A DNA stretch of 64,000 bases from Bacteroidota bacterium. GTDB lineage: Bacteria > Bacteroidota > Bacteroidia > Cytophagales > Cytophagaceae. The stretch spans positions 123,011-187,010 of the forward strand of contig JAEWYS010000015.1 in assembly GCA_023458555.1 (NCBI GenBank), written 5' to 3'. The position numbers and the translations under genes are program-made. How positions within the stretch are numbered: position 1 is the first letter of the stretch; every line of letters begins with the position of its first letter. Shown here in pieces: positions 40,992 through 49,401 of this stretch. The notes beneath the pieces were generated by a model. That model saw nothing but the letters and a program-made list of their open reading frames with translations, searched no databases and was not told the DNA's origin.

Positions 40992-42164
40992 TCAGGCAAT
41001 TTTTACGGTTAGATCGGAAGCCGACTTTTCTTTAAATGAAGATTTGTTATTTCTTGTTTGATATGTTTTTGCAACATAATTCTTTATTTGCTGCACAAAG
41101 ATGCTTTCATCAAAGTTTTCAGCATGGCTTCTTATAAAGGAAGGACAAAATTCAAGTTTCTCAAATGTTTTGATTGCTGCAATCAGGCTTTCAGGTGTTT
41201 GCTTGTCAAAAAACAGGGCAGTGGCTTTCAGCGAGTCTTTTGTATATGGAATCATTGTTTCCAGAACTCCGCCCTGACCAAAAGCTATCACAGGTCTTCC
41301 GGAAGCATTTGCTTCAAGTGGAGTGATGCCGTAATCTTCTTTCTGGGCAAAAACAAATGCTTTACATTCGGAGTACAACTGCGCCAGTTCTTTGGCAGAA
41401 AGTCCGCTTTTAAATGTAATGTTTGACTTTGCAGATCGTTTAAGAGCTTCTTCCATAGAACCTCTTCCTACGATTATGAGCGGATAACCTAGCTGGTTGA
41501 AGGCCTCGACGATTAAATCTACCTTTTTGTAGCTTTCGAGTCTGCATACAACAAGATAATAATCTTTTATCTGCTTAGAGATATAGAAGCTTTTACTGTT
41601 GACGGGTGGATTTATTACTTCAATATGAGACTTAAAATTATATACCGAAGCAATTCGTCGGGTAACTTCGTATGTATTCGCTATAAAATGATCGGAACGC
41701 CTGGCAGACTTGTAGTCAATTTTTCGTAAAAGTCTGATTACTATACTGAAAGCGACTTTAAGTAGCCCGCTGGCATTCGTATACTGTCGGTAAGACTCAG
41801 GATACCATGCCAGCCGGAATGGCGTATGGCAATAATTGATAACTAATGTTCCCGGTGAAATTCGGGCATACTTGGCGACATATGTAGAGGACATCAGAAC
41901 CACATCATATCCGGAAATATTCATTTGCTTCATCGCTATTATGCCGAATGGAAAAAATAAGCGGCGCATAATATTCTCAGATGAGCAGATCTTGTTAAAC
42001 CAGGAAGTACGAACAGTACAACTGGAAAAATCAGGATAGGTGAGATGTGATCTGAAAGCCATAGTATATATCGGAGCATTGGGAAAAGCCTGATGAAAAC
42101 ATCGAACAACTTGTTCTGCTCCCCCTCTTCGCATTAACTCATCATGCACTATGGCAATCTTCAT
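40992..42164 (-). CDS. GT4-family glycosyltransferase
   Basis: 390 aa. ...EDYGITPLEANASGRPVIAF... (E-x7-E-like). N-terminal MKIAIVHDELMRRGGAE. Confidence 0.83.
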   Translation of the reverse strand: MKIAIVHDELMRRGGAEQVVRCFHQAFPNAPIYTMAFRSHLTYPDFSSCTVRTSWFNKICSSENIMRRLFFPFGIIAMKQMNISGYDVVLMSSTYVAKYARISPGTLVINYCHTPFRLAWYPESYRQYTNASGLLKVAFSIVIRLLRKIDYKSARRSDHFIANTYEVTRRIASVYNFKSHIEVINPPVNSKSFYISKQIKDYYLVVCRLESYKKVDLIVEAFNQLGYPLIIVGRGSMEEALKRSAKSNITFKSGLSAKELAQLYSECKAFVFAQKEDYGITPLEANASGRPVIAFGQGGVLETMIPYTKDSLKATALFFDKQTPESLIAAIKTFEKLEFCPSFIRSHAENFDESIFVQQIKNYVAKTYQTRNNKSSFKEKSASDLTVKIA

Positions 42165-42269
42165 ATAGTATAAATTAAATCCTATTATTTATTGGACTAA
42201 ATACCGAAATTATATAAAAAAAATTGAAAAAGAAATCTATAACACGGAAACTTATACTTTACATCATGT

Positions 42270-43325
42270 TTATTGCATTGCTTCAGAAATGTAATGCATA
42301 AGCTTTATCGATGAATCCTCCCATGAGAATCGTCTGATGTTTTCGAGACCCTTTTTATGTAAATACGCTTGAAGTTCCGAATTGTAACAGACTTCTTTTA
42401 ATTTATTTGCTATATCAGCAGTATCATACGGATTAACGTATACACTTGCATCGCCACATACCTCTCTCAGGCTGGGGATATCTGATACAATTGTAGGGCA
42501 GCCTGAGGCCATTGCTTCCAGTGGAGGGATACCAAAGCCTTCGTAAAAAGAAGGGTAAATAAAAAGGCTTGCCCGTTGATAAAGGGATGCAAGATCATGA
42601 TCACTAATATGACCCGTAAATACAATTTTATCTTTGTATATATTATTGTCTGAGGTTAGTGTGACCTGATCAAACAGCTTGTTTCTGGCACCGACAATAA
42701 CAAGTTTGTATTCATCCAGATTGGCTTTTATGAAGGCTTCGATAAGCGAAGAAAAATTTTTTTTGGGATCTAATGAAGATACTGCTAATATGATTTTTTC
42801 CTTATCTACTGACGCTCCGGCAGAAAAGAATGAAGATACAGAATTCTGTATAATAGCCGGATTCACTCCAAAACGATCTTTTATTCTGCTTTGAGAAAAT
42901 GAACTGACAGTGAAAATTTTCTGTGAATTTTTTATAATAGATGGCAGCAGTATTTTATAGGTCAGCCGAAATGTAAAAGAGTAGCTTTCGGGAACATCAT
43001 ATATTGCCAGATCGTGAACGGTCGCAGCTTTGTTTTTATAAAATACAGGTGCTGTATTAGCCAGATTAATAAGAAACGGATTACCGTGTTTTACCAGAAA
43101 CAAGGGTAAATCAATTTGTTCCCAGAGATGTCCTTTGGTTATTCCGACTGTTATAACCCCAAGCTGATTGGCCAGATTATGATGATATATGTTATGCGGA
43201 GCAACAAAGATGATCTCCGGCATCAGCTTCTTTAATCTAAGAGAGAGCTCGATAGCAAAACGCTGTACTCCGGATATTTTCTGAGTTAAAAAACGTGCAT
43301 TAACTACTATAGTTGGGTTTTTCAT
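42270..43325 (-). CDS. GT4-family glycosyltransferase (mannosyltransferase-like)
   Basis: 351 aa. YEGFGIPPLEAMASGCPTIVS motif. N-terminal ...VNARFLTQKISGVQR. Confidence 0.87.
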   Translation of the reverse strand: MKNPTIVVNARFLTQKISGVQRFAIELSLRLKKLMPEIIFVAPHNIYHHNLANQLGVITVGITKGHLWEQIDLPLFLVKHGNPFLINLANTAPVFYKNKAATVHDLAIYDVPESYSFTFRLTYKILLPSIIKNSQKIFTVSSFSQSRIKDRFGVNPAIIQNSVSSFFSAGASVDKEKIILAVSSLDPKKNFSSLIEAFIKANLDEYKLVIVGARNKLFDQVTLTSDNNIYKDKIVFTGHISDHDLASLYQRASLFIYPSFYEGFGIPPLEAMASGCPTIVSDIPSLREVCGDASVYVNPYDTADIANKLKEVCYNSELQAYLHKKGLENIRRFSWEDSSIKLMHYISEAMQ

Positions 43326-44604
43326 CCTTAAGAGAAATAATTAATCCAATAAAAACCCAGATAAAAAGCACTGAGAAAGTGGGGAATGCATTGAAGCATA
43401 TCAAGAGGGCTATCAATCCGTATCGTAAGACTCTGCTTGTATCTTTGCTTGTCATCCTGTATAAGGCAATAATGAACATAAAGAAGATTGATGCTCCGAT
43501 GATACCGGTTTCACAAAGCATCTCCATAAAGACATTGTTAGGAATCGGTTTCTTATTGGTATAGGGAGATGTTGCTAATGTATTATAATGATCATAATGA
43601 AGAGCATAGTTTGACAGGCCAATACCAAGCAAAGGATTGTCGAGTGTTATATCTTTAGAGACTTTGACAGAGTTTAATCTGTCCATTTTGGAGAACGAAG
43701 CGTTTGATTTTTTGCCCGCAACAACTTTATCTACAAGAATAAACCGAACCGAAGGAGAAAGCAGGGAAAGTCCGAAGACAGATATCATAAATGCCAGTAT
43801 GAAAAGCAGATGGAGAATGTAACGCATTCTGAAGTATCTTTTGAAAAGATAGCATATCAGAAAAAGGAAAGTTGACAGAATTGCAATCGTAGATAAAGTC
43901 GGAAGTATGGAAAACAGAAAGAAAAGTCCTTGTTTCTGTTTGTTGAAATAAAAAGCGATAACACCGGTTATAAGAAGAAAAACACCCATATAGTTACCTT
44001 CTTTGAAGGTACCGCAGCGAATTACGCTAAACTTAGCAGAAAGATTAAGTTTTTGGGGTGTTTCATCCATACCGGGTAAAAGAAACGGAGAATAATCATA
44101 AAAGCTAGCGATTGCAAGATACCAGGTATAGAGGGCAGCTATAGTTGCCCCCCAGAAAAGCAGTCTGGTAAAGCGTTTGGGATTTGTTCTAAATGCGTTG
44201 GCTGCTACGAGCATTGCAGCAACATTAAGATACAGATAGAACAATTTAAGCAGGCTGTCAAGCTTATAGCTTGATCTGGATTCGAAAACCTTTCTTGGAT
44301 AAGGATAACCCCATTTTAAGTGGATTATGGTGGATATAGTTGCAAAGAAGATAAAAAGAATGATTAATCTTACGGCAATACTGTCCAGACCCCAAACCTG
44401 TAGCCTTAAAGACAATACCAGCGTAATGCCAATACTGGCGACAGATAGCAGCAGGGCAATTTCAGATATTTTCAGGGGAAACCCAAGATTTATTGTCAGC
44501 GCATAATTGAAAGGCAGAAACAGAAAAAGTAAGGCTACAATGATATTATCATAGATATTGTATGCTAAGCGGGGGGATATAGGAAGGGATGCTTGCCTGA
44601 TCAT
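43300..44604 (-). CDS. O-antigen polymerase/ligase-family (Wzy-like) membrane protein
   Basis: 434 aa, polytopic. Loop motif ...IPNNVFMEMLCETGIIGASIFF... parallels the HN..L....E.GIIG motif of the gene at 39741..40988. It overlaps the downstream GT4 start by 26 nt. Confidence 0.65.
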   Translation of the reverse strand: MIRQASLPISPRLAYNIYDNIIVALLFLFLPFNYALTINLGFPLKISEIALLLSVASIGITLVLSLRLQVWGLDSIAVRLIILFIFFATISTIIHLKWGYPYPRKVFESRSSYKLDSLLKLFYLYLNVAAMLVAANAFRTNPKRFTRLLFWGATIAALYTWYLAIASFYDYSPFLLPGMDETPQKLNLSAKFSVIRCGTFKEGNYMGVFLLITGVIAFYFNKQKQGLFFLFSILPTLSTIAILSTFLFLICYLFKRYFRMRYILHLLFILAFMISVFGLSLLSPSVRFILVDKVVAGKKSNASFSKMDRLNSVKVSKDITLDNPLLGIGLSNYALHYDHYNTLATSPYTNKKPIPNNVFMEMLCETGIIGASIFFMFIIALYRMTSKDTSRVLRYGLIALLICFNAFPTFSVLFIWVFIGLIISLKDEKPNYSS

Positions 44605-44804
44605 TAAATTAATTAAAATGGGTTGAGCGCATTCTTTTTAACGAAGCCTTCGCTAAAATTTTATGTAACAGATAGTATTTTGTTGCAAAAATATTTTGAT
44701 AGTACAAACATACAAAGCAAAGTCAAGAGCTGCAATATGTGTAAGCGTTTACAATATTTTCGATGAAAAAGCAGTTTAGGTGTAAAATATAGAACAGGAT
44801 TTTA

Positions 44805-44812
44805 TATTTTTG
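44805..44812 (+). promoter_or_regulatory. putative -7 promoter box (TAnnTTTG)
   Basis: TATTTTTG lies 39 nt upstream of ATG 44851. Confidence 0.4.
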
Positions 44813-44850
44813 TCTCCTTTGAACAGACTTTCAATATTAAAAAAATAAGA

Positions 44851-45765
44851 ATGGAAAAACCATATTATCCGCCTCCTTCCTCAGACGAAATTAACCTGTT
44901 GCCTGTCCTGAGATATGTAAAAAGGAAGATTGATGGGATTTTTAATATTATCGGGAACATTTTTTACCTGATAAGAGTACATTCCCTCTATTTACTACAA
45001 TTCATAATTCTGGGAGTAATTGTCGGAGTTGCCTATATGTACCTGAAAACACCTGTGTACAAATCTACGGCTATTTATACTTCTAATCTTATGAATAATC
45101 AGTATAATGAAGCATTTATTAACGAGTTGCGGTGGCTTGCCAGAGAGAAAAACTACGATGAGTTGGCTAAGATACTGGTGATGGATTACGAAGATGTTCA
45201 GAATATAAAAAAGATAGAGTATGAAGCTTTTGAGGTCATTACAAAGGACACGCTGATGAGCTCTTCTTTCAAAGTGCATGTCTATGTAAAGGATGAGAGA
45301 CTATTTGACAGCCTTCAGTATAAGCTGTTGGGCTATATGGAGAATAATATCTATGCAAATAAAAGAAAATTGGCTAAGGAACAAAGTCTCAGATTATTTT
45401 CAGAAAAAATGAATGATGAAATTGTAGAGCTTGACAGCATAAAGAAGATTGTTAGCTTGCAAAGCGGTCAGTTGAATTCATTGGTAGAAACCTACCGCCA
45501 GGTCATAGAGCTATATATGGATCGTTATAAATTGATGGAGCAAATGGCTTTGATGAATAATTATGAACTGATTCAGGAGTTTTCTAATTTCCGGAAACCA
45601 TACAGTCCAAGACTTAGAGAACTATTGCTTATTGTTACTGTATTTGGCTGTGTGGGTCTTTTCTTTGCCAATAATAGGGAGAAAAAGAAGAAATTAGCTT
45701 TTTCCGGGGAAAAGCAGTCCGACAATATAGAGAAGCAAACTTTAAAAGAAGAAGCTTCTGTATAA
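44851..45765 (+). CDS. polysaccharide co-polymerase (Wzz-like chain-length determinant) candidate
   Basis: 304 aa. One TM segment near residues 45-65 and one near the C-terminus flank a helical/coiled region (PCP topology). No kinase domain. The position next to wzx/wzy-like genes supports the call. Confidence 0.5.
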   Translation: MEKPYYPPPSSDEINLLPVLRYVKRKIDGIFNIIGNIFYLIRVHSLYLLQFIILGVIVGVAYMYLKTPVYKSTAIYTSNLMNNQYNEAFINELRWLAREKNYDELAKILVMDYEDVQNIKKIEYEAFEVITKDTLMSSSFKVHVYVKDERLFDSLQYKLLGYMENNIYANKRKLAKEQSLRLFSEKMNDEIVELDSIKKIVSLQSGQLNSLVETYRQVIELYMDRYKLMEQMALMNNYELIQEFSNFRKPYSPRLRELLLIVTVFGCVGLFFANNREKKKKLAFSGEKQSDNIEKQTLKEEASV

Positions 45766-45791
45766 AAGTTCAAGTTTATGTGCTTAAGAGG

Positions 45792-45830
45792 AAAAGAAGG
45801 TTTCTTTCATAGCAGAAACCTTCTTTTTTA
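45792..45830 (+). terminator. rho-independent terminator
   Basis: Perfect 14-bp stem aaaagaaggtttct / agaaaccttctttt (45792-45805 / 45814-45827) with an 8-nt loop, then a T-run. Confidence 0.78.
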
Positions 45831-45930
45831 TTATGAAAAGCATATATTACAGGTTGATCTCATGGCTGGGTAAGTTGTCTAATTTATCTTTCAGCCCGTA
45901 GTCTGTAAGATCGTAATTATTGCTACACAA

Positions 45931-47199
45931 TTGAAAATTCGCTCAGATCAAATTCGCTTAGTCAAGAACTTTTCTTCATTGGCGCTGATTCAGGCCACGA
46001 ATTTTGTATTGCCATTGATGGTTATTCCCCATCAGGTCAGAGTTCTGGGAATTGAAAAGTTCGGTCTTGTTAGTTTTGCTCAGGTAGTTGCTCTGTATCT
46101 CGTGATCTTTTCAGAATACGGCTTTAATCTGTCTGCAACTAAAAGTGTTTCAGAAAACCGAAACAATCCGGCTAAGCTTGGTAAGATCTTCAATTCTGTT
46201 TTATATACCCGACTTTTACTTTGTGTGGCCGGATTTGTCATTACGGTAATACTTACTTTTACTGTTCCTGATTTTAGGCAGCATTACCTATTGTTTTTAT
46301 ATTCCTCAAGTATGTTTTTTGGCCAGGCTCTTGTACCTGTCTGGTTCTTTCTTGGTGTAGAGAAAATGAAATTTATTACGTATCTGAATGTGATATCCAA
46401 AGTTCTTTTTACTCTGTTGACTTTTGTTATTATTCGCAAAGAGTCGGATTATATTTATGCCAATATGCTGCATGGACTTGGAAGTATGGTTGCTGGAATA
46501 ATTGCGCTGATCTTTGTCCAACGTTTTTTTAAAATACGGCTGGGGTTTCCGGGAATAAAACGGGTTTACAAGACATTGAATGACGGGTTTGCAATATTTA
46601 TTTCAAATTTTGCAACAAACATATATATGAATATCAATATTGTAATACTTCAGTTTGTGGCTAATGCTGAAATAGTAGGATTATATAGTATTGCAGAAAA
46701 GGTTCTGATTGCCGGAAAACATCTGGTGTCAGTTATTTTTCAAACGGTTTATCCGTATGTTTGTAAGCTTAAAACAGAGTCGGAAAAGGCTCTTACTGTT
46801 TTTTTTACCCGGTTTAATTATGTCTCCGCTTTTTTCTTTCTGCTGTTTGGCTTGGGAGTGTATGTTTTTTCGGATACAATTATTTTTCTATTGTCAAACG
46901 AGACAAATGAATACTCAGCCTTCCTGCTAAAAAATATGAGTTTTATTCCTTTGATTATCGGGGTTAATATTGCAACCTATCAAACTTTGCTTATATATAA
47001 TTATAAGAGGGCTTTTTCAATAATAATGGTGTCAGCATCTCTGCTAAATATAGGTCTGAATATTATATTGGGAAAAGAACTGGGTGGCCTGGGAACAGTA
47101 TATACCATAGCTATCACGGAAATGTATGTCTTGGTAACAATGAATGTGTTTCTTTTTGTTAAAGACAGAATTAATTACTACTACCCGGTTAAATTATAA
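45931..47199 (+). CDS. wzx: Wzx-type oligosaccharide flippase (polysaccharide biosynthesis protein family)
   Basis: 422 aa, about 12 TM segments. N-terminal ...KNFSSLALIQATNFVLPLMVIPHQVRVLGIEKFGLVSFAQ... is typical of Wzx/RfbX. TTG start. Confidence 0.78.
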   Translation: MKIRSDQIRLVKNFSSLALIQATNFVLPLMVIPHQVRVLGIEKFGLVSFAQVVALYLVIFSEYGFNLSATKSVSENRNNPAKLGKIFNSVLYTRLLLCVAGFVITVILTFTVPDFRQHYLLFLYSSSMFFGQALVPVWFFLGVEKMKFITYLNVISKVLFTLLTFVIIRKESDYIYANMLHGLGSMVAGIIALIFVQRFFKIRLGFPGIKRVYKTLNDGFAIFISNFATNIYMNINIVILQFVANAEIVGLYSIAEKVLIAGKHLVSVIFQTVYPYVCKLKTESEKALTVFFTRFNYVSAFFFLLFGLGVYVFSDTIIFLLSNETNEYSAFLLKNMSFIPLIIGVNIATYQTLLIYNYKRAFSIIMVSASLLNIGLNIILGKELGGLGTVYTIAITEMYVLVTMNVFLFVKDRINYYYPVKL

Positions 47200-47276
47200 A
47201 AGGTCTTTTGCTCTGGGAATTTTAAGCTCTCCTTTTTCTGTGTCGATTTAGTATACAGGGGGTAGCTGTGTTGCAA

Positions 47277-49121
47277 CTATCTAGGCAGAGCAGCTTCCCG
47301 ATCGAGAATAAGTACCTGCCAGTCCGTTACTTCTTTATAGCCTAACAGGGCCATGCGTTCGAGTATCTTTCGTTTAAAAAGCGTACAGGTTGATTTACGC
47401 ATTTCCAGCATTTGTGCAAGTGTATCGGAAGTAATTTTATTCCGTGAAGAGACCAGATACATCAGATAGAATGCTTTAACAATAGGGAATTTAAGTTTAT
47501 GAAATATAGTATTGGAAGTAATTGATTCATTGTAACCGCAGCAATTGCACCGGCGGTCAAAAATCTTTTTTCCCTTACCGGCATTTCTCTCCCCGCACTT
47601 TTTACAACAAAAACCCTGGCTTCTTTTTAATTCCTCCAGAAAACGGTAGCAGGCAAGTTCATCCGGATATACTTTGACAAACTCTTCAAAGTCAACATGT
47701 GTTTTCATTACCCTTGTCCGTGCAATTTCATGTATTCCTTTTTTCAGTTCCCGGTTGGTCATATCAAGCATCAGATTCATCCGGGTGATTTCATTTGCCT
47801 GGATTTCAAGTTTAGTCATAGCTTCACTAAGCTGCCGTGTTCTTTCAGCTACTTTTTGTTCAAGCTCTCTATTGATCTTCTCTTCAAGCATTTTTTTCTC
47901 CTTCATCTCGATCAGTACTTTTTGCTGGGCAGCTTCTCTCATTTTGATTTCATTCCTCATACGATCAGCCAGAGATACTGATAAAAATACGATATCCAGC
48001 AATATCCCGATATTCATACTATATACAGTTACAGCATGGGAGATAAGGAAGCCTTTATACTCCAGTATACATACTCCGGCGCCTAGAAAAAGCGCAGAAT
48101 AAGCCAGCACAAAGTATCTGGCGGACCGGTCTCCTTTTCTTAAAAAGAACATTCCGATTAGTAATGCAACCAGAAGAACGGCTGCATCAACAAATAAAAT
48201 GGACTGGCTGACAGGAAAAAAAGCCAGAGATAATCCCATAAAAAAAAAGCGGAATAGTATCAGAATATTGACGAGCTTATTTAAGCGTGGGGATTTTTGT
48301 TTTAAGCCAAGGAAGCTTTTGGTAAATAACAGGGCGAAAAGTGTGGTACCGCAAAGTGATACTACACTCAGGTGCATATTGATTGCCGGATATGAAGGCC
48401 AGAGATATTGAAATGCTACTCCATTGATACACATAGAGTACAATGCAAAGCTTAGGACATAGCCTACATAAAATAAATAGGGTTTCTTTCTTATCGAAAT
48501 AAACAACAGAAAGTTGTATGTTGCCATCATCAGAATGATGCCGTAAAAAAGTCCCAGCAGATAGTATTCCCCCAGCGCATATCCGATAAATTTCTTATAC
48601 GATCGGATACAGGGAACCAATACATTTTCATTGGCAGACTCAATCCGTATAAAAAATGTTCCTGACTCTCCGGGGAAGAGAGGGAGATCAAATTCAAAAT
48701 TCTTATGAGCAAATAATCGTGTATTGAACCGACGCAGGTTGCCGGAATGAAGTTCTCTGATAGTGCCATCGGGACGGATGTGATAGAAGCTTATGTAATT
48801 GATATCATGATCAAATATTTCGATAAGCCAGTCAGTATCGGAATTGCTTTTGTTGATAACAGAAAACCTCAGCCAGTAAGCTGATAATTTGTTTTTATTG
48901 ACCGGAAACATGCTCTGAGCGTATTGAAATCTGCTTTCCCGGGAAAAGGAGCTTACATCATGGATGGTAAGAGTTCGCAGACTGTCTTCGAGTATTCCAA
49001 GCCATTGATGGCGTACTCCAATCTCCTCAATGGAATCAGAAAGAATAATTTTGTTTTTAGAGCAGACCAAATGACTTGTAAGTAATAATATATATGTTAA
49101 CAGGGTTATTTTAAAATACAT
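47277..49121 (-). CDS. 7TMR-DISM receptor (DISMED2 ectodomain + 7TM) - coiled coil - IS1595-type transposase zinc-ribbon/HTH module
   Basis: Signal peptide. Ectodomain with ...AYWLRFSVINKSNSDTDWLIEIFDHDINYISFYHIRPDG... (7TMR-DISMED2-like). Seven hydrophobic helices at about aa 185-395. Heptad-rich KMREAAQQKVLIEMKEKKMLEEKINRELEQKVAERTRQL. Then MKTHVDFEEFVKVYPDELACYRFLEELKRSQGFCCKKCG...RRCNCCGYNESITSNTIFHKLKFPIVKAFYLMYLVSS..., the Zn_Tnp_IS1595 pattern (CxxC...CxxC) plus HTH. The protein ends 143 aa after that Met with no DDE domain. Confidence 0.85.
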   Translation of the reverse strand: MYFKITLLTYILLLTSHLVCSKNKIILSDSIEEIGVRHQWLGILEDSLRTLTIHDVSSFSRESRFQYAQSMFPVNKNKLSAYWLRFSVINKSNSDTDWLIEIFDHDINYISFYHIRPDGTIRELHSGNLRRFNTRLFAHKNFEFDLPLFPGESGTFFIRIESANENVLVPCIRSYKKFIGYALGEYYLLGLFYGIILMMATYNFLLFISIRKKPYLFYVGYVLSFALYSMCINGVAFQYLWPSYPAINMHLSVVSLCGTTLFALLFTKSFLGLKQKSPRLNKLVNILILFRFFFMGLSLAFFPVSQSILFVDAAVLLVALLIGMFFLRKGDRSARYFVLAYSALFLGAGVCILEYKGFLISHAVTVYSMNIGILLDIVFLSVSLADRMRNEIKMREAAQQKVLIEMKEKKMLEEKINRELEQKVAERTRQLSEAMTKLEIQANEITRMNLMLDMTNRELKKGIHEIARTRVMKTHVDFEEFVKVYPDELACYRFLEELKRSQGFCCKKCGERNAGKGKKIFDRRCNCCGYNESITSNTIFHKLKFPIVKAFYLMYLVSSRNKITSDTLAQMLEMRKSTCTLFKRKILERMALLGYKEVTDWQVLILDREAALPR

Positions 49122-49218
49122 GATGCGTTATGCCCAATAGTTGTCTGTGAAAATATTATTCAGTTTTATTACATAAAATGACAAAGGTTAAGATGTATGT
49201 CTTTTAAATGTTGTATAA

Positions 49219-49234
49219 TTTTTTTCCTGCAGAT
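49219..49234. repeat. direct repeat copy 1 (TTTTTTTCCTGCAGAT)
   Basis: Exact 16-nt match to 49319..49334. It lies in the divergent spacer between the 7TMR-DISM gene and the S8 peptidase gene. Confidence 0.9.
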
Positions 49235-49318
49235 TTTACTGTTTTGTGTACCTGTTTTTCTTGTCTTCTAAACGGTTTTTAGAGTCTGCTAAAAAACACT
49301 TTTCAGCATTGTGTTTTC

Positions 49319-49334
49319 TTTTTTTCCTGCAGAT
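49319..49334. repeat. direct repeat copy 2 (TTTTTTTCCTGCAGAT)
   Basis: Exact 16-nt match to 49219..49234, offset by exactly 100 bp. It ends 68 nt upstream of ATG 49402. Confidence 0.9.
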
Positions 49335-49401
49335 GGCTGTGTTTCGGAAGTATTGCTTTCTACAATTGCGCTTAATTATCTAAAATTTTTAACCAATTTG
49401 T

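Noticed and set aside
47280-47708. Possible IS1595-family insertion sequence or transposase gene.
   Set aside because: Only the 143-aa zinc-ribbon/HTH N-terminal module is present. There is no DDE domain, no room for one (77 bp to the next gene), and I could find no terminal inverted repeats. It is in frame with and continuous with the 7TMR-DISM ORF. I treat it as a domesticated or fused domain, not a mobile element. A decayed insertion remnant remains the alternative hypothesis stated in the finding.
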